A stretch of 48,655 nucleotides of DNA from Octopus bimaculoides (lineage: Eukaryota): assembly GCF_001194135.2 (NCBI RefSeq), contig NC_068982.1, positions 11,125,878 to 11,174,532 on the forward strand, in the 5' to 3' direction. The notes below the pieces were generated by a model. It was not told where the DNA came from. It made no database searches and worked only from the letters and a program-made list of their open reading frames with translations. The position numbers and the translations under genes were made by a program. Of this stretch, positions 1 to 9,449 are shown piece by piece. Positions within the stretch are counted from its first letter, which is position 1. Every line of letters begins with the position of its first letter.

Positions 1-80
1 ATATATATATATATATATAATTTTTTTACTTGTTTCCGTCATTTGACTGCGACAACGTGAAATACGTTAAACAGATATAT

Positions 81-131
81 CCACATCACGTGATTTCGAA
101 CTCTGATAATGATCTTAGTTCTCATCAGTGG
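81..131 (-). ncRNA. Minimal type-I hammerhead ribozyme motif, canonical core but G at the cleavage position
   Basis: Minus strand reads CCA-CUGAUGA-GAACU-(14 nt loop)-AGUUC-GAA-AUCACGUGAU-G-UGG. Core CUGAUGA/GAAA intact, 5-bp stem II with G10.1-C11.1, palindromic stem III, 3-bp stem I; position 17 is G. Confidence 0.7.
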
Positions 132-254
132 CTCTTGCCGATACTCCGGATTAAAAGGGTAGTTCGCATCATGTTTACTTCATTTTGTGATCTCACCATA
201 GAAAGGAGCTTTTGCTCGCTCCGTCGCTTCTCGTCAATGAACCCACGCAAATGA

Positions 255-750
255 ACCCACACATACCTCCCGTACACACACAACACGCTCATACATACAC
301 CATACACACACAAGACACACTCATACATACACGCACACAATTATACATACATAGACACACACAGAGTAACTTACATTTACTCAACGGATAACCCTACACA
401 TAACCTCACACGTACACACATACCCACACTACACACGCATACATACACACACATGCACAGACACACACTGCACACAAAACACACACACACAACATATACA
501 TACACGCACACACTTCAAACTACCAGTTAAACACCTTTCTACTGACCATTCAGTAGACACACAACAGACAGCCACTCCTACCAAAATTCTTACTATAAAT
601 TCTTCCCACGACTTTAGGCGACACTGGTCCAACCACACACATACATAAACAGCCACAACCACACAGACACATACACATACCCGTGCTATCATTACACACA
701 CACACACACACAGCTGCGTGCACGCACATACCCACACAAACACATACATA
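255..750. repeat. Degenerate (CA)n/(TACA)n low-complexity region
   Basis: Interrupted CA-rich runs; source of the VCVC/THTH ORFs. Confidence 0.9.
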
Positions 751-884
751 CCTCCTCTTGCACTCTCCTGTCTTAGAAAGAACTGTTTTTTCACCCATTC
801 CCTTCCGGTCATTTGAATATGTGACCGCGTGTGTATCGTTGGCGATTTTCTTTCTCCGTCTTCCCTTCTTTGGACTTTTTCTAT

Positions 885-919
885 ATTTCTGACGAAGAGC
901 TCCACTCGAAACGTTAAAT
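885..919 (+). ncRNA. Minimal type-I hammerhead ribozyme motif, complete
   Basis: AUUU-CUGACGA-A-GAG-CUCCA-CUC-GAAA-CGU-U-AAAU: 4-bp stem I, core plus one extra A after A9, 3-bp stem II, palindromic ACGU stem III, GUU cleavage triplet (predicted cut after 915). Confidence 0.75.
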
Positions 920-1015
920 CCCCTTTCTTTTCTTTCCTTTCTTGACCGTCCAAAAACGCTGTACTTATTCTACGTCCTCGCGTTGTTGTTTTTTCGTGTT
1001 TTTTCTTGCTTGTTC

Positions 1016-1018
1016 ATG

Positions 1019-1059
<41 letters not shown>

Positions 1060-1226
1060 TATCTAATTGCCTGTCTAGCTATTCATATATTTCCCAATTT
1101 ATCTATATCTTTTGCTACCCATACTTTTATCTATCGATTTATGAATCTATCAGTATTTATATATCTATCCATCCTTCTCTCGGTCTTTCTAGCCATATAT
1201 GTAGACAGACAGACAGACAGACAGAC

Positions 1227-1297
<71 letters not shown>

Positions 1298-1302
1298 CAG
1301 AC

Positions 1303-1374
<72 letters not shown>
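1016..1374. repeat. (TG)n at 1016-1057 and compound (GACA)n/(GATA)n at about 1203-1374
   Basis: Directly visible tandem repeats. Confidence 0.97.
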
Positions 1375-1375
<1 letters not shown>

Positions 1376-2533
1376 TGCATTCTGTATCTATCCACTCCAG
1401 CTTTCAATCTGATATTCACATTTACTCCATTACTTTATATGTAAATGAGAATAGCTGTGCGCTTAACCCTAAATCAAAATCCACTCTGACATATTCAATA
1501 CCAGTTAGCAGAAGGCCAGCAGTATTCCCTTTCCAAATCAATGATTTTTATTCACCAAAATAAGTGGTTCCTTAAGAAATATTCATTTCAGGTCAACTTG
1601 TAATTTATTTTTCTATTTCATATAAGATACCTATATACACTTAGAATGTGATTTTTCTCTGCACAAATCTCTTATACAACCACATCAGGCTGTTTACTGA
1701 AATGTTTTATCGTTCTTCTTCCCATCGAAATAATCCAAAATGTTTATGTTGTCATTTCCGAGTAATAATTCATTCGTTTTTTTCTTTTTATATATATATA
1801 TATATATATATTATATTCTATTATAATCTATTTTACGTAATACGCATGAATGTGCGTATATGTGGTTATTCATATGTATATAAGTGTATGTGCGTGTATG
1901 TAATGTTTGCATGTGTGTATGAATGTTTACCTGTATCTGTATGTATGCAGGTATGTAGGTGTCGTGTTTTTATCAATGTGAGAGTTGATGCGTTTCCTCA
2001 AATTCCCAACTCGAGCAAAGCCTATCAAATTTATCTTATTTTCACATATACCTTCGTACGCTATGTATGTGCGTGTTCGCATTTGTATGTGTGTGTGTGG
2101 GCTTGTTTATACGTGCGTGTATGTGCAAACATTTGTATGGAAAATGTGTGTGTGTGTGTGTGTGTGTAGTTTGGCGGCGTCACATAGCGGTGGTAAGTTC
2201 CCGGTATGCTAAGCCTGTGCTGACGTCAACGACTCCTTATAACTGTTAGTTAATATTTATCAGAGTATAGAGCAACGACCAACACCAGGTTAACTCCATC
2301 ATGTCACACAATACGAAGATAAAACCTAAGGGTTATGCTTTTAATGTGGAAAAAAATTGAAATATATATATATATATATACATATATACTTATATATGTA
2401 TGTGTCTATGGAGACAAGGAGAGAGACATAATATATACGATATAGTTGCAATAAATGTCATTTAGTGATATATGTGAATGTGTATGTTAAATCAATTTAT
2501 GTAACTACGTATGTATGTACGTGTGTTTGTATG

Positions 2534-2576
<43 letters not shown>

Positions 2577-2665
2577 CCTATCGCTTTTTTCTTTCCTCTT
2601 GAGTCTCTCTTTTCAATGAGGTGTCTTTTTTCTTTCTCATTTTCCCTAAGCTTCTCTTTTTATTT

Positions 2666-2699
2666 TCTTCTAATGAACGACCAAAAGCTGAAACGTTAA

Positions 2700-2701
<2 letters not shown>
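2666..2701 (+). pseudogene. Decayed copy of the 885-919 hammerhead family
   Basis: CUAAUGA-A...GAAACGUU-AAAC in the same pyrimidine-rich context; G5 mutated, stems I and II disrupted. Confidence 0.45.
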
Positions 2702-2703
<2 letters not shown>

Positions 2704-2759
<56 letters not shown>

Positions 2760-2845
2760 TTCTCTCTCTCTCTCTCTCTCACACCTTCTCTCTCTTCTTC
2801 TCGCTCTTTCCTCTCTCTCGCTCCCCCTCTCTCTCTCTCTCTCTC
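2704..2845. repeat. (CT)n microsatellite
   Basis: Directly visible. Confidence 0.97.
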
Positions 2846-3124
2846 TTTGTTATTGGCAGGTGAATAATTAAAAGAAAAACATTAAGAAATTATGAAAATT
2901 AAGAAAGTGGAAAATACATATAAAAGGCAAAAAATAAAGAAATAATAGTTATGGCGATATAAAATAAAGGATGGAATATATAATAATGGACATGGTTATG
3001 GCGTGCTGTGAGATTGAGGAGGGGAGAATAGAGAAGACTTACACATTCGCATTTATTGCTTAGCGATTGTAAGCCAAGAGTGAAAGACAACTAACATGTT
3101 ATAAAAATGTAGTCGTGGAAAGGT

Positions 3125-3302
3125 CATCAAGCAGGTCAGGTCAGGTTAAGTTAAGCGTGGGAGCATGCGCTGTTGCAGCGAGTTGCTGCATTCACCATTT
3201 GTCGGTACATTACCAGGTCCTCCCAGGAGACCTGTTGAGCAGAGTCCCAGTCAATACCCACATCTGCTAGTTACCTCCTCATATGGAAGCGGTCGACCAA
3301 CA
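3125..3302 (-). mobile_element. RTE-clade LINE 3' end (ORF C-terminus, stop, short repeat tail)
   Basis: Minus strand translates GRP... then LADVGIDWDSAQQVSWEDLVMYRQMVNAATRCNSACSHA*, followed by a TAACTTAACCTGACCTGACCTG tail; resembles RTE C-termini I recall. Confidence 0.7.
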
Positions 3303-3319
3303 CAAGTCGTCAACCCTGC

Positions 3320-3775
3320 TGAATGTCGAAGTTGTTCACCGCTTCACTTACCTCGGCTGTGAGGTTCATAGCGACATTAGCTGCGAGTCTGAAGTCCTAA
3401 AAAGACTGAGGTAAGCTGGCGCTGTTGTGGACTCACTAAAGATGTTTGGTGCTGCCGGTACCTGAGCAGGAGAACAAAGGTTGGGATCTTTAGGTATCTG
3501 TTCCTCTGTCTTGTTCTATAGTTGTGAGACTTGAACACTTTCCGGGTCCCTTAGAAGCCACCTGAACTCCATTTGTACCAGGATGCTTTGGAGGATGATG
3601 GGTTGTCATTGGTCAGATTTCGTCTCCAGTCAACGACTCTACTCAGAAACTGAGATGTGTCTTGTTACTTCTCTGATAAGGGAGCGCCAGCTCGGAGTGT
3701 TTGGCCAAGCTGCTCGATTTTCCATGTTAAACCCTGCTTACTATGTGTTCTCTTCGTTGAGCTCATTGATCATTC
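3320..3775 (+). mobile_element. RTE-clade LINE ORF fragment (post-RT thumb region), frameshifted
   Basis: VEVVHRFTYLG..., FYSCET*TL, MLWRMMGCHWSDFVSSQRLYSETEMCLVTSLIRERQLGVFGQAARF match RTE motifs (F.YLG, LLYGCETW, IRERQL..FGH.AR). Confidence 0.85.
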
Positions 3776-3811
3776 TACTATATTCATACGAACCTATACA
3801 TTCTTGCTTAG

Positions 3812-3870
<59 letters not shown>

Positions 3871-4321
3871 CACGTGTGTTAAAAGAATTGTATTGATATA
3901 CAGAAATGAACAACATAAATACGACAGAAAATGCCAAGTTGATGGCGTTAAGATTAGTAAACTGGAAGCCTCGTGTGGGAGATTATGAAGCCTCGTTTGT
4001 GGGGTGTAAATGCATAACGTTATGGAAACATTACAATATCAAGAAGCGAAATATTTAACACGATTAGAAGTTTGAAGTTAAAGAATAAGGAAAGAGGTGC
4101 ATAGAATACACTTCTTTTTGGTTTACTCATTACGACGTCCTTTGAACTTTCAGTCAGTGGTAATCATGTACAGCAGTATGTCATCCTTCTTCGAAATCAT
4201 CAGCATAACATAACCTGACATATATTAATTAGATATTTTGTGATTGAGGCACTTTTTTATAGAGGAAAATAATTTGTCTGGATGAAATTTATGGAATGTA
4301 GGTTTTTCCCTTTCGTTGTTT

Positions 4322-4372
<51 letters not shown>

Positions 4373-5629
4373 ATGTATGTATGTATGTGTATATATATAC
4401 GTATGTATGTATATATAGATATGTGTATGTGTGTGTGTGTATGTATATATNNNNNNNNNNNNNNNNNNNNNNNNNNNNNNNNNNNNNNNNNNNNNNNNNN
4501 NNNNNNNNNNNNNNNNNNNNNNNNNNNNNNNNNNNNNNNNNNNNNNNNNNNTATATATATATATATATCAAATTGACATATTTTATCGTTTCATATCAGT
4601 ATATTTTCACACTTCCATAACGAAATCTCTTAAAACTGTAATTCTACAAACGACATTCTGTGTTTACTCATTTTTTAACGTCGCCATCTCGCCATATTTT
4701 TCTGTCGCATCTGTTTGCATTATTCATTTCATTACCTCTATAGTTCCTATAAACGCGTGAGTGTGCGTGCGTGCGTGAAGGCAGACGTACGTATCCATAC
4801 ATTATCAGTAATACCATTCCATGACCATATTTTTTAACATATTGGCTGTCTTTCAGCCTGGGCTTATAATTGCTAAGCAGGAAATACTCATGCGTAAACT
4901 TATACTCCTTTCCCTCGCCTCCTATTCCCAATCCCATCGCACATCATAACTATATTTTATTCCTATCCATATTTTCTTTGGTTTGTATTTTTTCACCCTC
5001 ATAACTATATCTTAATCTTTTATCTTTAACTTTTCATAACTACTTTTCTCTTTCATTATCTTCCCTAATTTTTAAACGCAAATTCACTGCAATTAGCGTG
5101 GAGAAAAAGAAATCACCGGGCAGATATGATGTTCTTACACCTTTTTACCAAAGGATAGATTTCTTTTTTCTCCACAGTGGCTTCAGTGAATTTGCCTTTA
5201 GAAGCTAAAATATGTGGCAAACATATTTCAACTTAGCTAAAGTTCGTTCATTCTTCATCATTGATTGATTCTGATGCTACTGTTTTTATTCCGACCAGGT
5301 GGCCCACGAACGCAACTCAGTCACTGCTACTGATTGTTTTCAGATAAAGCAACGGCTTTTAAATCTGCTCAGAGTTATCTCTCTTCAGTATTTCCCATTG
5401 GAGAAGGCTAAAGAGCCAGAAACACACGTTGTCTGGGAATCCACCAGAGGGAAGCACTGAGCAGATATGGTGCTTTCGCACCTTTTACATGAGAGAATTC
5501 TTTCTCCTCAGTAACTGCAGTGAATTTGCTCTTAGAAGTTAAAATATGTCACAAACATATTTTAGCTAACCTAAAGTTCGTTTGTTCCTTACCAATGCTT
5601 GCTGCTGATGCGGCTATATATATATATAT

Positions 5630-5830
5630 ATAGGGAGAATTCACAAAAAAACAACAGACGAAGACAGGTGGTGTAGACAACAAACAGATGTATTAGTATA
5701 ACGCTCGGGAATTGAAAAAGTCTTTAACGTTTCGAGCCTACGCTCTTCCACAGAAAGGAACACAGAAAGAAACAAGGAGAGAAAAGAATGTGTGTAGTGG
5801 CCAGCGATCTATCATGGCGAATGCCGGACA
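5630..5830 (-). mobile_element. Dispersed repeat carrying a hammerhead-like motif (second copy at about 44180-44345)
   Basis: Shares GACGAAGACAGGTG...GTATTAGT...ACGCTCGGGAA...AAAGTCTTT(A/C)ACGTTTCGAGCCTACGCTCTTC(C/A)ACAGAAAG with the 44 kb copy. Confidence 0.85.
5721..5758 (-). ncRNA. Hammerhead-like motif, A6U core variant
   Basis: CCUUU-CUGUGGA-A-GAGC-GUAG-GCUC-GAAA-CGU-U-AAAGA: all three stems present, U in place of the conserved A6. Confidence 0.55.
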
Positions 5831-5968
5831 GAAGGGTCACACAGGAGAATTAATAAGAAGGGGAGATAACAAAGTAGTAGTGATCTCAAAACGAAGGTGC
5901 GTGTGTGTAAGAGAATGCTGGTGATCTTAACGTATGCATGTGTGTATATATATATATATATATATTTA

Positions 5969-6110
5969 CAGTAACCCCCTCGCCATATCGCGGTTCACCT
6001 ATCGCGCACTCAGTACATCGCGGATTTTTCCGGCTAATATATGTAAATTTATATTGCGGACTCTTCAGTATATCGCGGGTTTCTGCGGCCGATAGGTATT
6101 TATATTTTTC
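5969..6110 (+). mobile_element. One end of a pogo/Tigger-type DNA transposon
   Basis: TA|CAGTAACCCCCTCGCCATATCGCGGTTCACCTATCGCG at the end of a TA run resembles Tigger-type TIRs; no partner TIR found. Confidence 0.6.
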
Positions 6111-6367
6111 ACCGAAGGGACCTTTTGATACCTTCTCATATGTATAATTGAGTTTTACGAAAGTACTTTTGTTTCAAATCTGGGTAGGTGGAGTAATGTA
6201 AATGTGTGGTGTAGGCCGACAGCAGAAGTGGTTGGGTGACAGGAGAAAAGTATATGTTTGTATGGGTATGGGTGAAAGAAATGAAATGTGGAGGACAGTT
6301 ATTTTCTTGCTGAAGGAAGCTTGTTATTGTTTCGGTTCAGCCAAGCGTGTGTATAAAGGAGTATAAC

Positions 6368-6687
6368 TGGCACTCCGTCGGTTACAACGAGGATTCCAGT
6401 TGATCCGATCAACAGAACAATTTGCTGGTGAAATTAACGTACAAGTGGCTGAGTACTCCACAGACACGCGTACCCTCAACGTAGTTCACAAGAAGATTCA
6501 GCGAGACACAGACCGTGACAAGGTCGGCCCTTAGAATTACAGGTACAACTCATCTTTGCCAGCTGAGTGAACTGGAGCAACGTGAAATAAAGTGTCTTGC
6601 TAAAGGACGCAACGCGCCACCAGAAATCGAACTCGCGACCTTACGATCCTGAGCCGATTACCCTAACCACTAAGCCACGCGCCTTCA
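6368..6687 (-). mobile_element. tRNA-derived SINE, family A, head type 1 (CORE-like centre)
   Basis: Minus strand: A box TGGCTTAGTGG, B box GTTCGATTT, GTCCTTTAGCAAGACACTT, then the family-A body ending GACGGAGTGCCA. Confidence 0.85.
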
Positions 6688-7048
6688 TACATAAAGAAGT
6701 AACACCTTGTAATGGTTCAGGAAGACGTGTCATATTTGGTTCACAATTTGTATTCGTTGACCTTATTTCTTATGACTAATCAGGGTTTTTTGTAAATAGA
6801 ATGATATTGTGCTATTTTACGGTTCATAAAAGAATGTTCATAGATAATACTGATTCAATTTGTTTCAAATCGTAGGTCACGGGGAGATTAACGTTAGCTT
6901 TGGTGTTCGATGTTTCATTTGCGACTGCATATGTCTATAGTTATACATTTATTAATAACCATGCAAGAAGCGTATTAGAATACGCTAATAAATATTTTAT
7001 AATAATATAGTTTATATCAATCTAACTGTGGTGTTTGTGGTGTTATAG

Positions 7049-7245
7049 GCTGTGATGAGCCATGCGGTGTTGGTGGAGAGGATTTCAGATGAGGCAAACG
7101 GAAGTGAAGACTGCAGTGACCGGCAGAAGAGCCACGGGGGCATGCGGAGGCACAAAGCACGTGCGGGAGTTCGATGAGAGACGGCGTGAGTGATAGGTCG
7201 GGTTTTTATCTGGTCAGTGATCGCTCATCCCGCCACGGTCAACAG
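7049..7245 (+). other. Candidate GC-rich exon (non-coding or short ORF)
   Basis: GC-rich island ending in a strong donor CAG|GTAAGG; upstream acceptor TATAG is weak. Encodes at most a 40-aa ORF (MSHAVLVER...). Confidence 0.25.
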
Positions 7246-7555
7246 GTAAGGTCTCTGTATTTCTTTCTCCCTTTTGCTTCTTTTTCTGTTGGCTTTTTCC
7301 TCCATCACGCTACACTAACCAACCACTTTGTTTAAAAACCCAGTTTAAAATTGTTAAGAAAGACAATTTCAACGTCCAGAAAACCATTTTTTTTTTTTCA
7401 AAGACTGTTCGAATACGACGTATTGTTATATAATATGCCTGAGAAAAAGTATTTTATCACTATAACCACGTGATTGCTGGAAACCTGTTTGTTCAAGCTT
7501 CAGGCGATCAGTTTGTATCTTGTTGCCCGGAGTTATACTTGTCCAACAGCCACAC

Positions 7556-7697
7556 TTTTCGTACTGAAAATCGAGATCAAACAAGCTTTTTTGCTCGACG
7601 TGTAGTTTCCGTCCACGCTGAGTTCGCCTTGGGACACCTGCATTACCGTTTGACAGACGTACCGCCCCAATTAAAAACCCCGGCCGACACTGTTCTC
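7556..7697 (-). pseudogene. 28S (LSU) rRNA fragment covering the domain V P-loop region
   Basis: Reverse complement ...AACAGTGTCGGCCGGGGTTTTTAATTGGGGCGGTACGTCTGTCAAACGGTAATGCAGGTGTCCCAAGGCGAACTCAGCGTGGACGGAAAC...TTGATCTCGATTTTCAGTACGAA aligns by eye to the conserved eukaryotic 28S segment GGGGAGTTTGACTGGGGCGGTACACCTGTCAAACGGTAACGCAGGTGTCCTAAGGCGAGCTCAG...TTGATCTTGATTTTCAGTACGAA. Flanks are non-rRNA. Confidence 0.9.
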
Positions 7698-7769
7698 GCC
7701 AAAGGGTATCCTAGTCATTCTTTTTAGTATCCTAATAACAACACCGATATTTTAATCATCAGTTATCTA

Positions 7770-8480
7770 TTCAGTACAGCAAGTGCTGCAAAATACCTTC
7801 CCTAATGCTCTTGCAGTGTTTATCTGTTTTTAGGATTTCTTCTGCAGTTAATATCTAATCCAGAATCATCCTTTCTGATTTATAAATATCCAAGGTCTCT
7901 TGCTATTTCTTCAGTTGATATTTCATGCACATCCACTTGCAGCTCCTTTTATGGCTTTGGAATTATCAAAGTAGTTCTCCTATTAAACGTCTTGCTCATA
8001 ACAGTATTAAAATGTTCTTCCCACCTTTCGTGAACATTTACATCAGATGTTAGATCCCCCCCCCATTATTACTAAACACAACTAGGTTGTTGTTTTTTAT
8101 CTTTTCACTTCGCCCGTGATCTCATTTATTATTTCATCTTAGCATTTCTCTCGTAGATCCATCTAATCCAGAATGCTTCCCTGTTTTTTTTTCTTTTTAA
8201 TTGCGCAATAGCTCTTCCTACTTCTTCATCAGATATTTCATGTACAGCCACTTGTATTTCCTCTAGAGATCAGGAATTATCAGAGCATTTCTTCTCTTAA
8301 ATGCCTTGTTCACGACTATGTTAAAATGGTTTTTCTATCTTCCTTGTGTGTTTACGTCAGATGCTGATTTCCCCATCAATACTTAACACCGGTAGTTATT
8401 TTCATCTCTTTACTTAGCCTGTAATCTGATTTATTATTTCAGAAGCATTTCTACTTCCTATATTGTCCCCCACTTTGAGT
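7770..8480 (-). mobile_element. Two tandem, diverged LINE ORF2 fragments (EN-RT linker region)
   Basis: Copy 1: ERWEEHFNTV...LQVDVHEISTEEIAR...SGLD. Copy 2: EEIQVAVHEISDEEVGRAIAQLKRKKTGKHSGLDGSTREML. Both match the generic EEV..AI..LK..K..G.DG motif; stops and frameshifts present. Confidence 0.7.
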
Positions 8481-8604
8481 AATTGTCCAATGTTATGAGA
8501 ACTAATTGCAGCTAAATTTAAACTCCTCACAGAGAATTAATAGCTATTACAGCAGCACGCCAAAGAATCTGTCTTCAGCAGTCCAACAGTGATTTTGAAA
8601 ATAA

Positions 8605-8730
8605 GTAGCAGTGCGCAACTGACTCTTATTTTATCGACCCTGAAAGGATTAAAGGCAAAGTCGACCTCGGACGAAATGATGCTAAGCATTTTGTGCGACG
8701 CGCTAACAACTCTGCCAGCTCGCAACCTTA
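8605..8730 (-). mobile_element. Family-B SINE, internally deleted
   Basis: TATCGACCCTGAAAGGATTAAAGGCAAAGTCGACCTCGG and CTCTGCCAGCTCGCAACCTT match the other family-B copies. Confidence 0.8.
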
Positions 8731-8897
8731 ATAATGATGACGACGACTATGATGATGATGATGATGATGATGATGAAACCGGGAGACATTTAATGAGACA
8801 CTTCTTAACTGCTCCAAAAAATATTCATTACTACAGATTAAATAACGATTCAAATCGAAAACAAATTGCTAAAATTTTGAAAGAAAACTGGGATCTA

Positions 8898-9449
8898 TTT
8901 TAAAACGGGGGCCACATTTTTCATTAATGTTTTACGTAGTGTTTTTGGTACGGAAAGACTTTCAAACTTCGTATACTTATCTATTTTGTGTTATAGAACA
9001 GAAAAATATTTTTGTATTCGAATTTATTTCATGTAAAAAATTGTCTTATTTCGATAATTTCAACCAATCACTGACAAGTATTCAGTTGTTTATATTTACT
9101 CCTTTGACTGATTAAGCGATGTAAAGCGTATTTAATCTCCATACCTTCGTTTTATTTGCTTTTTTCATTTTAAATTTACTTTAACCCTAACCCTAACCCT
9201 AGGGTTAGGGTTAGGGTTAATTGTTTCAGAATCGTTTGTTTATGTAGTCGGCACTTAATGTATATCGGCTGAATGGACGTCAGTGATTGGTTGAAATTGC
9301 AGAAATACGACAACTTTAACATGGAATAACTTATGGATTTCTTTTTTTTTAAGAAGACTAAGAGAAAAAGATGTTTTATATGACACATTCTACCAGTGTT
9401 CCAAGTTTCAAAGTGTTTCGTTAATGAAAAATGTGACCCCCGTTTTAAA
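8898..9449. mobile_element. Foldback MITE-like element with about 30-bp TIRs, inner inverted arms and a central telomeric-repeat palindrome
   Basis: TTTAAAACGGGGGCCACATTTTTCATTAA / TTAATGAAAAATGTGACCCCCGTTTTAAA (one mismatch); inner arms about 9030-9090 and 9265-9325; perfect 40-bp palindrome at 9181-9220. Confidence 0.85.

Noticed and set aside
8215-8235. CTGATGA on the minus strand here and near 4197, 38770 and 39500
   Set aside because: No downstream stem II plus GAAA; the 8.2 kb instance is LINE coding sequence (SDEEVG).
9181-9220. Ancestral telomere fusion site
   Set aside because: Only three repeats per side, in the opposite order to a fusion, and inside a TIR-bounded element.
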